Assembly (NCBI GenBank): GCA_011364975.1
Contig: RDOE01000057.1
Location: 1-20,263, forward strand
Direction of reading: 5' to 3'
Length of the DNA: 20,263 bases
DNA from: Promethearchaeota archaeon
GTDB taxonomy: Archaea > Asgardarchaeota > Lokiarchaeia > Sigyniarchaeales > SOKP01
The position numbers were made by a program, and so were the translations under genes. The notes below the pieces were generated by a model that was given only the letters and a program-made list of their open reading frames with translations, had not been told where the DNA came from and searched no databases. Positions 1 through 8,428 of this stretch are shown one piece after another; position 1 is the first letter of the stretch; each line of letters begins with the position of its first letter.

Positions 1-215
1 TTATAATCGCGTACAAATTAAGTAGATTTTTAGAAATGTAATATTTAATTAAGCATATCTTAATGTTTCTAATTTAATCATAACGGCATTTTTTCTTTAG
101 AACCTTATGTTTATATACTAGAAAACAAAATAAACTTAATTTTGCCTACAAATGTTCTTGGGAATATGTTTTTGCTTACTTAATTATTTTTAATAATAAA
201 AGCAATCTAAAATCT

Positions 216-404
216 CTATTTTTCGCGCCATTCAGTAGCACATTTTCCACAGCGATACTTTTTACCATAAACTCGCGGATAATCGAGGATGATATTACTT
301 TTATCAGTAGACTCATGGATCATTAGTTTATTCTCCTCCCCACATGAAGGACATTTTCTACGGCCTTCAGATTTCTCAATGGTTAATAGATTATTTTCTC
401 CCAT
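216..404 (-). CDS. Small zinc-ribbon protein (62 aa)
   Basis: ATG start. Two CxxC pairs (CPSC and CGKC) about 30 aa apart, ending in EW, fit a Zn-ribbon. Confidence 0.8.
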   Translation of the reverse strand: MGENNLLTIEKSEGRRKCPSCGEENKLMIHESTDKSNIILDYPRVYGKKYRCGKCATEWREK

Positions 405-539
405 TAAATTTCAACTCTAAGCTTAATTATTAATAACTTTCCGTTTGAATAAATATTAAAAATTGAACTTATTAAACTTTAGTAGAAAGAAAGATCAAAT
501 TTTGGGTAAATTAATCCTAAGTTAGAATCATCATTCTGA

Positions 540-1133
540 TTATAATTTGAGCTTTTGTAATTCTTTACCATAATTTTTTGCTTTTTCAAATAATTCAGGA
601 TTAAGAATACTGAATTTTAAGGAGATATCTTTAAAAATGCTATTATAAAGTAAAATGAGATCTTTCGGAGTATCTTTTACTTCAAAACAATATATAAAAT
701 TAAGTTCTTGAGTTTTTTGTATTAAGGAAAATTCATTAATATGGACTTCATTTTTATTGTTTTTCTCCAAGATATGATTTAAATCAACCCCCACCAATGC
801 AGAAATCCCTTTAAACTTGAATATATTACAAAAATCTGTATAATTATCATAATTCAAGTTATTAATAGAATTAATATCATTGATATTTAAAACATATATT
901 AAAATACTTAACTTTTTGATTTGATCATAATTATTTATCATTTCATGAAATGTTAATGCTACAAACACTTTAAGTTTTACTGGAATGTCGTTCTGTATAA
1001 AGAACCTCTCTCCTTCGCTCTCAATCGTTTGAGAGTTTAAAGAAATTTGATCTAAATAATCTAAAAAAATCTCATTACATTTCGTGTCAGTCCCAATAAT
1101 GGCTAGATTAATCTTATAACTAAATTCTTTCAA
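540..1133 (-). CDS. Degenerate small-GTPase-fold protein (pseudo-GTPase)
   Basis: TTG start. Segment order matches Ras/Rab: KINLAIIG (beta1), VKLKVFVA (like VKLQIWDT), ILIYVLNINDINSINNL (like LLVFDITN.SF.NL), ALVGVDLN (like LVGNKxD), YCFEV (like YFETS). The G1 GKT, G3 DxxG and G4 NKxD motifs are absent. Confidence 0.65.
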   Translation of the reverse strand: MKEFSYKINLAIIGTDTKCNEIFLDYLDQISLNSQTIESEGERFFIQNDIPVKLKVFVALTFHEMINNYDQIKKLSILIYVLNINDINSINNLNYDNYTDFCNIFKFKGISALVGVDLNHILEKNNKNEVHINEFSLIQKTQELNFIYCFEVKDTPKDLILLYNSIFKDISLKFSILNPELFEKAKNYGKELQKLKL

Positions 1134-1230
1134 GTTTAACTATTTCAAAAAGAATAATTAATGTTTTTAATTTATATAATAAAAATTAATGATACAACAT
1201 TAAAATATTGCATATGTAATTTTTTCGGAA

Positions 1231-2157
1231 ATGATAGTAATCTATTTATTACTCACGTTTATGGTAATAATTTGGAGTTTTTCATTTGTTTTAGTTGATA
1301 TTGCTATTGAGATCGTCCCACCACTATCAATTGCGTTATATCGTTTTATAATTGCCTCAGTAGCCTTTTTATTTCTTGACTTATATAAAGTCTTCTCAAA
1401 ACACAATCGCGTAAAAAACATAAATTGTGAACCTGAAAATGAAAAATACACCAAAAATGAATGGATTATGGTATTATTATCAAGCTTATGTGGAGTGTCA
1501 TTATTTTTTTTTGCTCAATATTATGCAATTCAAAGAATTGGGCCCTCCTTACCAGCGCTTTTTGTATGTTTGTTAGCTCCTGTATTAATCTCGATGCTAG
1601 CATTGACATTTTTTAAGGAAAAATTAAATAAACTAAAAATATTAGGATTTATTATCTCAAGCATCGGAGGATTCTTTTTAATAACGGGCAATAATATTCG
1701 TAATTTAACACCAGAGTCTCCGGACTTTTTAGGATATATTGCTGCACTAGCAACCCCTATATTATGGGCGCTTTATTCAACCTTCACCAAAAAAATAGCA
1801 CGAAGGAAATCAAGTATGAAATTGAATAAATTAGTTGCATATTTTGGGACAATAGAGTTGTTGATTTTTGCAGCAATTGGAAATCAACTTCTTATATTAT
1901 TTGAAAATATTTTTAACTTTCCCTTATTTCTATGTGGTATTTATTTAGGAATAGGTTGCTACATCTTAGGATATTATATATGGCAAAAATCGCAAGTTAC
2001 TCTTAAGTCTTTTAAAGTTAGTTCTTTTTTGTATATAGAACCATTCATTACACTATTGTTTTCGATTATGTTGAATCGAAGTGAAATTGTTGTATTTTGG
2101 AATATTTTTGGTGGTTTTATTGTTTTATTCGGAGTTCTTGTAATTAATTATAAATGA
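1231..2157 (+). CDS. EamA/DMT family transporter
   Basis: About 10 hydrophobic segments in two repeats. Family motifs IWSFSF, PPLSIALYRFIIA, FFKEKL, WALYST and YIEPF are present. Confidence 0.9.
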   Translation: MIVIYLLLTFMVIIWSFSFVLVDIAIEIVPPLSIALYRFIIASVAFLFLDLYKVFSKHNRVKNINCEPENEKYTKNEWIMVLLSSLCGVSLFFFAQYYAIQRIGPSLPALFVCLLAPVLISMLALTFFKEKLNKLKILGFIISSIGGFFLITGNNIRNLTPESPDFLGYIAALATPILWALYSTFTKKIARRKSSMKLNKLVAYFGTIELLIFAAIGNQLLILFENIFNFPLFLCGIYLGIGCYILGYYIWQKSQVTLKSFKVSSFLYIEPFITLLFSIMLNRSEIVVFWNIFGGFIVLFGVLVINYK

Positions 2158-3591
2158 TTATATTGCTTTTAAATACATAGTCGCCAGATTATCTAATTCC
2201 AGAGAGAGACCCGTTTCTATTGGTTTTAGGGGAGGAGTATTGATTAATTTAATTATTTCACTTCTTGCTCTTTTTCTAATTGATTTCGATCCTTGATTCT
2301 TCCAGCTATCCCTAGTTAACCTATCAATGATAGGACTTACTATAAAGAATTCTTTTCTAAATAACTTAAGCGTTGTAGAATGAGAAAGCAGTTCTTCTCT
2401 CTCCCCGTAATCCTTCAGAATGTTCATAGCAAAAGGCTCTCCATAATTCTTTATCCCACAAATGAGTCTTTTTACCATTCCTACAATTTCATTATCAATA
2501 ATTAATTTTTCAATGCTCTGGGTTGACTCAAAATCTAACATACCTGGTCCAGAGATCATATTAACACCCGCAAGACCTCCAAGTAAAGCACCCATACCTG
2601 CTTCTAAACCGGATTGAGCATCAGGAATTTTTGAATCACTTAAACTCATATAAGCATGAGTCGGTAGCTTTAAGAGTTTACCCATTTCAATGTCTCCTAA
2701 ATTAATCATCATAGTTTCGATAGCCCCCATGGGTGTTGTACCTTGTTTCATGTCCAATATTGAAGGGGAACCGCCCCATATTATTGGTGCTCCAGATCTT
2801 GCTAATTGAGTTATTACGACTCCAGCAAGAGATTCTGCACAATGTTGTGTAATAGATCCTATTAAACTGATTGGAGCACTTGCTCCTGCTAATGGCATAG
2901 ATACAAATTCGGAAGGGATCATGCTTTTAGCAGCATCAATAACAGATTGAGTAGTTAAATCTGACCATTTTAATGGCGGACTTGGACATGCGTCAAAAAT
3001 AGCAAGAGGTTTTTTGGCTAAATCATTTTCCGATAATCTACAAGTTAGTAAGAATTCTTTCATTATCGAAAAACTTTCTTTTCTGAATGTGCCTGTTATA
3101 ACCGGCTTATAACAATTTTTAAGCGCTAAGTAGAGTCTATGCCAATCCTGAGCCAATTTTGGCACATCCTGATATACAATTGCGGTACTTTGAGCTTCAA
3201 TATATTTTAAGTGTTCTGTTATTTTAGAAAACCTAACATAGTCATTAGATAATGGACTTCTAATCTCTCCAGAAGCCTCATCAAGATATAAAATTGCTGC
3301 TGAACCAGGGTCAAAGTGCACCTCATCTTTACTTAATGAAAGGTGTTCCTTTCCCTCCCTATCAAATAGTTTAATCTCGGAAGGAACTGTTTTTAATGCT
3401 TTTTCAACTAAATCACTTGGTATAAAGTATCGATTTTCATCATGATTTATACCTTCCTTTCCAAATAACTCTTTAGCCTCGTGATTTTCTATAAAAATAC
3501 CTAAGGTTTCGAGAATAGTTTTAGCTTCATTAAAAATCTTCTCTTTATGTTCTTCGTCTAAAATTTGTATTTTTGGTCTTAAAATTTCCAT
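2158..3591 (-). CDS. mttB: Trimethylamine methyltransferase (MttB/MtgB) superfamily protein, non-pyrrolysine
   Basis: Motifs SPPLKW, PLAGASAPISLIG, GAPIIWGG, DMKQG, SDSKIPDAQSGLE, GMLDFE and EKLIIDNEI. Leu (TTA, 2641-2643) sits at the position occupied by Pyl in methanogen MttB. The substrate cannot be determined from sequence. Confidence 0.9.
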   Translation of the reverse strand: MEILRPKIQILDEEHKEKIFNEAKTILETLGIFIENHEAKELFGKEGINHDENRYFIPSDLVEKALKTVPSEIKLFDREGKEHLSLSKDEVHFDPGSAAILYLDEASGEIRSPLSNDYVRFSKITEHLKYIEAQSTAIVYQDVPKLAQDWHRLYLALKNCYKPVITGTFRKESFSIMKEFLLTCRLSENDLAKKPLAIFDACPSPPLKWSDLTTQSVIDAAKSMIPSEFVSMPLAGASAPISLIGSITQHCAESLAGVVITQLARSGAPIIWGGSPSILDMKQGTTPMGAIETMMINLGDIEMGKLLKLPTHAYMSLSDSKIPDAQSGLEAGMGALLGGLAGVNMISGPGMLDFESTQSIEKLIIDNEIVGMVKRLICGIKNYGEPFAMNILKDYGEREELLSHSTTLKLFRKEFFIVSPIIDRLTRDSWKNQGSKSIRKRARSEIIKLINTPPLKPIETGLSLELDNLATMYLKAI

Positions 3592-3614
3592 CCTTTCTAC
3601 CTCATAACTTTTAA

Positions 3615-4502
3615 TTATCTTTTTAAAGAGGTTAACAACCTACGAATTTCTTTGATTGTTTCTGGAGATGTTCCACAACAACCGCCTACTATTTTTGCTC
3701 CCCATGATATCATTTCTTTAATATGCTTTACAAAATCAGCTATGGGTTGATCATAATGAACTATTTGATTTTCATCAAGTCTTGGCTTTCCCGCGTTAGG
3801 TTTCACAGAAAAGGGAAGATCAGTTAACTTTACCAACTCTTTCGCCAAATCTACCATTTCGTCAGAACCTATAGTACAGTTAGCACCAATTACACTAACA
3901 TTTGCTTCTTCTAATACATTTACGCATTTTTCTATTGAATGACCCATTATAGTATAATATCCTCTTTTTGTCTTTTTATACGTCATAGAACTAATTATTG
4001 GTTTTTTTGATACTTCTTGAATCGCCTTTATAGCAGCTAACATTTCATCTATGTCAGAGATAGTTTCTATATGCCAAAGATCTACTCCTAATTCAAGATA
4101 TTTTGCTTGTTCTTTATAGCTTGATTTCCAATCTTCAAATGTTGCCTTACCTACAGGAGGTTTAAATACTCCTGATGGACCGATATCACCTACTATCAAT
4201 TTATTAGGAAAACAAACGCCTTCAATGATTGCTAAAGCATTTTCATTTATTTCTTGAATTTTATTGTCAACTTTATAGTTTCTAAGATTTAATAAACTAG
4301 CACCAAAAGTGTTCGTTTGACACATATCTGCCCCTGCAGTGTAATAAGCGCGATGAATATCAGCAATTGTGTCAGGAGCCTCTAAATTAATGAGATCTGG
4401 AAGTTTTCCAGGTTTAATTCCACGCTTAAATATTTCAGTTCCCATTCCACCATCAAACAATATGATTTTAGAATCATCTTTTAACCAATCTTGAAAAATC
4501 AT
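3615..4502 (-). CDS. Homocysteine S-methyltransferase family protein (stand-alone MetH Hcy-binding domain, Bmt-like)
   Basis: Motifs FDGGMGT, IHRAYYTAGAD, TNTFGA, GDIGPSG, IETISD and PNAG, with Zn ligands in GANC and GGCCGT. Confidence 0.93.
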   Translation of the reverse strand: MIFQDWLKDDSKIILFDGGMGTEIFKRGIKPGKLPDLINLEAPDTIADIHRAYYTAGADMCQTNTFGASLLNLRNYKVDNKIQEINENALAIIEGVCFPNKLIVGDIGPSGVFKPPVGKATFEDWKSSYKEQAKYLELGVDLWHIETISDIDEMLAAIKAIQEVSKKPIISSMTYKKTKRGYYTIMGHSIEKCVNVLEEANVSVIGANCTIGSDEMVDLAKELVKLTDLPFSVKPNAGKPRLDENQIVHYDQPIADFVKHIKEMISWGAKIVGGCCGTSPETIKEIRRLLTSLKR

Positions 4503-4522
4503 CTTACATTCCTTAATTATTT

Positions 4523-5173
4523 TTATTTAGATAATAATTTCTTTACAAGTTTAATAGAGTCTATTGCATTTTCTGCATATCCATCAGCTTCGCATTCTTT
4601 TGTCCAAGCTTCAGTGACGGGAGCTCCTCCTAAGATAACCTTAAATTTATTCCGTATTCCTTGCTTTTTTAATAAACTAATAACTTTTTTTTGCCCGATC
4701 ATCGTTGTAGTTAATAAAGCAGAGATACCAATAATATCCGCTTCCTTCTCAATAGCAACATCTATTATTTTTTCTGCAGGAACATCCGCTCCTAAATCAT
4801 ATACTTCAAATCCATTAGCATTTAGCAAAGTAGCGACGATAGTTTTTCCGATGGAGTGAATATCTCCTTCGATGGTTGCAATAACAATAGATCCGGGGGA
4901 GTAACTTTTATTTTTAGATTTTAAATGAGGTAATAGTAACCCCATACATTCTTGCATTATATTCCCTCCCAACATTAGTTCTGGTAAAAAAATATCTCCA
5001 TCTTCCCATAAGTTCCCAATTCTGCGGATTCCCTCTCCAAATCCTCTTTCAATTACTTTAAGAAGGTCTAAACCCTCATTAATAGAACGAATTGCTAATT
5101 CTCTAGCTCTATCTTCATTCAATTCCACAATAGCTAAAGCAATTTGATTGTAAAAATCTTCCAATGACTCCAT
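4523..5173 (-). CDS. Methyltransferase cognate corrinoid protein (MttC/MtbC-like)
   Basis: N-terminal cap (IGNLWEDGDIFLPELM), B12-binding DxHxxG (GDIHSIGK), SALLTTT and GGAP..GADGY-like motifs. Confidence 0.93.
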   Translation of the reverse strand: MESLEDFYNQIALAIVELNEDRARELAIRSINEGLDLLKVIERGFGEGIRRIGNLWEDGDIFLPELMLGGNIMQECMGLLLPHLKSKNKSYSPGSIVIATIEGDIHSIGKTIVATLLNANGFEVYDLGADVPAEKIIDVAIEKEADIIGISALLTTTMIGQKKVISLLKKQGIRNKFKVILGGAPVTEAWTKECEADGYAENAIDSIKLVKKLLSK

Positions 5174-5224
5174 GATCTTCTTTATAACTATTTATTCTAT
5201 AATTCTAAATTTATCTTAGTTTCC

Positions 5225-5238
5225 TATTTAAAATTTCG
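5225..5238 (-). promoter_or_regulatory. Archaeal BRE + TATA promoter for the corrinoid/methyltransferase operon
   Basis: Minus strand reads CGAAA-T-TTTAAATA, about 50 nt upstream of the ATG at 5173. Confidence 0.55.
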
Positions 5239-5310
5239 ATAATAATTTTAATACTTAAGTAAAATTTAGAACTTTGCTTTATTATCCCCTTATTAGCAGT
5301 TTTTTTATTA

Positions 5311-5326
5311 AAACGAAGCTATATAA
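5311..5326 (+). promoter_or_regulatory. Possible BRE + TATA for the C2-like gene
   Basis: AAACGAAG-CTATATAA lies upstream of the 5389/5500 ORF. Confidence 0.4.
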
Positions 5327-5388
5327 CTGCAATATATACGAATCAATAAAAACTCAAAAAAAGTAAAATTTTTAATGGTGAGTATAAA

Positions 5389-5877
5389 ATTCCAAGACGT
5401 TATTATGCTAAATCGAAGAAAACTTACGCCAAGGATCAATCCTTCACACAAGATCAAGTAGGAGAGGAAAAAGAGCGCTATCTAATTAGCATAGAGCTTA
5501 TGAGCTTGAAAACTCTTAAAGATTATGATATACTCGGTTGGCGAGGTGAGTTTTATTTCAAGTGTGATGGAGAAAAATTGTTTAAAGCTCGGTGGCCCAA
5601 TAAGGGAGTAATTAAATTACAAAGAAATCAAGAATTTACATCAAAAGCTGAAATGTCTCTTTGGACTCAATTCAAAACAGTTCGGGCTGATCAAAGCATT
5701 ATTTTACCTATCAAAGTCATTCTAAGAGAAAAAGATCCTCTTAAGAAAGATTTTACTGTTGCTGAGCAGGAATTTGAAATACGATTACCTCAACCTACTG
5801 AATATGTAATCCTTCAGGACGATAAAGAAAAAACAAAGGCCAAACTTCGAATTCAAGCCACAAGAACTAGGTATTAA
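5389..5877 (+). CDS. Hypothetical protein with a C2-domain-like beta-sandwich; probable start upstream of the ORF-track ATG at 5500
   Basis: The frame is open back to TAA at 5347. GGTGA at 5377-5381 lies 7 nt before an in-frame ATT at 5389. YLISIELMSLKTLKDYDILG..GEFYF and IKVILREKDPLKKDFTVA resemble C2 strands and loops. The CDS is solid; the start and fold are tentative. Confidence 0.65.
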   Translation: MPRRYYAKSKKTYAKDQSFTQDQVGEEKERYLISIELMSLKTLKDYDILGWRGEFYFKCDGEKLFKARWPNKGVIKLQRNQEFTSKAEMSLWTQFKTVRADQSIILPIKVILREKDPLKKDFTVAEQEFEIRLPQPTEYVILQDDKEKTKAKLRIQATRTRY

Positions 5878-5893
5878 TTAATATAGTTAACCT

Positions 5894-5911
5894 ATTTTCT
5901 TTAATTTTTTT
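5894..5911 (+). terminator. Oligo-T archaeal terminator candidate
   Basis: T-rich tract (ttttctttaattttttt) just after the stop at 5877, between convergent genes. Confidence 0.35.
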
Positions 5912-6007
5912 AATCTTATAAGAATAGAAATTAATTTGGATCCTTTCATCTTTAAGATGTAATATTAAAATGAAATAATAAGAAATTTAAAAATTCTTGA
6001 ACTTAAA

Positions 6008-6697
6008 CTATTCTTCTTGTTCTGGTCTAACTTTAAGAGTGTCAATAATTTTCAGAATATCTCCCGCGAGTTCATATCGTTGATCTCGATACTTTTCACG
6101 AGTTAAACGTTTCTCAATTTTTAATGGGGTACCAATGTTAACTCGAATTCCTCGTCCATCGAATAAATTCAGTATTCTCGCCTTTTCTGTAAAAATTGCC
6201 ATGGGAATAATAGGAGCTTCTCCAGCAACAGCAAATTTGATAATTCCCGCCATTGCTTTTACTTGGGTTTCTGGATCAAGTCTCGATTCTGGAGTCATTG
6301 CTACAAGATCCCCTACCTCATTTAAATATTTAAACACCATGTCAATAGGTTCCGTATCTTCTTTATCTATAGTACTTCGAAACATGCCTAAAGTCTTAAG
6401 AACTGGGCCATAAATTTGATGTTTCATTAGTTTATGATGAACCATAAAATGAATTCTTCGAGCCGAAACTTGACTAATTATTGCCATATCTCTTAATGCA
6501 TTATCGCTGATAGTAGTTAAAATAGCTTTACCGCGGATAGGAATATTTTCTTTACCCTCAATTTTCAAATCAGTAAGGTTTATTAAACCGAATCCACTAA
6601 ATCCTTTTACAGCAGCATAAAGAATATCTTCCATTAAATCCTTGCTAACTATTTTATCCTTTCCTTTCGTTTCTGGTTCTTGAGTAGTTTCTACCAA
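6008..6697 (-). CDS. PlsC/LPLAT-fold protein with degenerate catalytic motifs
   Basis: TTG start with AGGTGA 7 nt upstream. IEGKENIP, IHFM, APIIPMAI and IRVNIGTP match PlsC. The NHxSxxD position reads TTISDNALRD and the FPEGTRS position reads TPESRLD. Confidence 0.8.
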   Translation of the reverse strand: MVETTQEPETKGKDKIVSKDLMEDILYAAVKGFSGFGLINLTDLKIEGKENIPIRGKAILTTISDNALRDMAIISQVSARRIHFMVHHKLMKHQIYGPVLKTLGMFRSTIDKEDTEPIDMVFKYLNEVGDLVAMTPESRLDPETQVKAMAGIIKFAVAGEAPIIPMAIFTEKARILNLFDGRGIRVNIGTPLKIEKRLTREKYRDQRYELAGDILKIIDTLKVRPEQEE

Positions 6698-6753
6698 TCT
6701 TTTATCACCTTTTAATTTGGTTTTATTCTTTAAAGTAATTCTATATAACTCAT

Positions 6754-8415
6754 TTAGATGTCTGGAGTATCATAAAATAACAACTTTTTTAATTGAGCCA
6801 TCATATTATTAGTGAGACGTTTCAGTTCCTCATATTCTGGCATAGGCTTACCCCAATATTGTTTATGTTCCATGAAGGGGGGTCCTGCTTTGTATATCGT
6901 TCCTTTATAGAAATTTAGCATTTTCGCATGCTTTGGATATACTTTTTCGGTGCCAGTAATTCCAATTAGAAGTATAGGTACTTGTTTTTCAATAGCTAAT
7001 CGCATAGCTCCGGTATGACCTTCCAATAACTGACCATCTCCGAGGTTTGTGGTTCCTTCGGGATAAATCATAACAATTTGTCCTTTGTCAAGAAGATATT
7101 TAGCGTAGTTATATGAATCAACATCATGTTGCCCTCGCTTTAAAGGGAACGCGTGATGATTCCTAATCCATGCATTGACTATGGGTGGTTTAAATAATGT
7201 TTGTTTTGCCATTTGATAGATAACTCTCTTTCGATAATATATCATGGTTTGCGCAGTCATAATTACGTCCCATTCTGAATTATGATTAGTACATAAAACA
7301 GCAGCACCACTATCTGGAATATATTTATCGTAATCAATTACTTTAGAAGGTAGCATCAAATCACACCATTGTTGAACAAGCCAACCCGAAAAATTCTGCA
7401 CCGTTTCTTTAAATTTATCACCAACTCCTATATCTTCTAAAGCCTTAACAAATCCATACCATATGTCGTCAACTGTTTGTAAGATTGAAATTCCCTGATC
7501 TTTTAAGTATCGTTTGAAACTGAATTTCATCTTTTTTTCTATATCATCTGGACCTTCTTCAAGAAGTTGCTGTTCTGTTTTTCCGTAGGTACCATTTTTT
7601 AATTTAGTAATATCCTCCCTTAGTTCATCAGTCAGCCTTCGAACTTCATCATATGAGATGTTATTAATATCATAGTCGTGATAATACCTGGGATCTCCAA
7701 CTCTAACTAAAATTTGTGTAGGTTTCATGACTAATCTTCCTTTGGGAAGTGCATTTTGTGAACCAATTATTGCCATTGGCACGATTGGGCATCCCATTTC
7801 TATAGCAAGCCTTACAGCACCTGTTCTAAACTCCCCCAACTCTCCATCAGCACTGCGAGTTCCTTCTGGAAAAAGACCGACAACTTCACCTTCTCGAATT
7901 AATTGCCTTGCTCTTTCCCAACCGGCTTCTGGATTTTCTCGATCTACCTTAAATGCACCAAGATTAGTAAAAAGGGTTCGCACAATAGGAGTTTTAAAAT
8001 TCTCGAGTTTACTCATAAAGCGAATCCTTCGATGACACGCAGCACCCACGAGAAAAGGATCTATGTGTGATTGATGATTGCTAATCACAACTAAGGGACC
8101 GAACTCCGGAAACATATTCCTATTTGGGTATTCTGCCTTGAAGTTCCAAAGCGTTCGGACGAGTAACTTTACATAAAATGTAGCTGCCCACCATTGTAAT
8201 TTTCCTTCTAAATCCTCTAAATTGAGTTCACGAATAGCTTTACGGTACATGTCATTTAGTATATCTATCGGGTTGTATTTGAGCATTTTATACAAAACGC
8301 TCTGATGTGTCTTATCGTACTCGAGATCACCCTTAAGCTTTTCAGCTTCGGATTCAGAAAGCTGTTCGTAATCAATCTTTTGAGTGATTTGTATTTTATC
8401 CTCTTCAAGTTCCAT
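6754..8415 (-). CDS. plsC: Tandem two-domain 1-acyl-glycerol-phosphate acyltransferase (PlsC/LPLAT family)
   Basis: Domain 1 has NHQSHID, FMSK, GAFKVDR, FPEGTRS and PIVP. Domain 2 has NHNSEWD, MAK, AFPLKRG, YPEGTT and VPIL. Confidence 0.92.
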   Translation of the reverse strand: MELEEDKIQITQKIDYEQLSESEAEKLKGDLEYDKTHQSVLYKMLKYNPIDILNDMYRKAIRELNLEDLEGKLQWWAATFYVKLLVRTLWNFKAEYPNRNMFPEFGPLVVISNHQSHIDPFLVGAACHRRIRFMSKLENFKTPIVRTLFTNLGAFKVDRENPEAGWERARQLIREGEVVGLFPEGTRSADGELGEFRTGAVRLAIEMGCPIVPMAIIGSQNALPKGRLVMKPTQILVRVGDPRYYHDYDINNISYDEVRRLTDELREDITKLKNGTYGKTEQQLLEEGPDDIEKKMKFSFKRYLKDQGISILQTVDDIWYGFVKALEDIGVGDKFKETVQNFSGWLVQQWCDLMLPSKVIDYDKYIPDSGAAVLCTNHNSEWDVIMTAQTMIYYRKRVIYQMAKQTLFKPPIVNAWIRNHHAFPLKRGQHDVDSYNYAKYLLDKGQIVMIYPEGTTNLGDGQLLEGHTGAMRLAIEKQVPILLIGITGTEKVYPKHAKMLNFYKGTIYKAGPPFMEHKQYWGKPMPEYEELKRLTNNMMAQLKKLLFYDTPDI

Positions 8416-8428
8416 AATAATTCATCCT

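Noticed and set aside
2641-2643. Pyrrolysine (amber) recoding in the MttB homologue
   Set aside because: The codon at the Pyl-equivalent position is TTA (Leu), and the ORF is full length with no in-frame TAG.
5174-5388. Cobalamin or SAM riboswitch ahead of the corrinoid operon
   Set aside because: The region is very AT-rich with no B12-box or stable stems, and the putative TATA leaves only a short leader.
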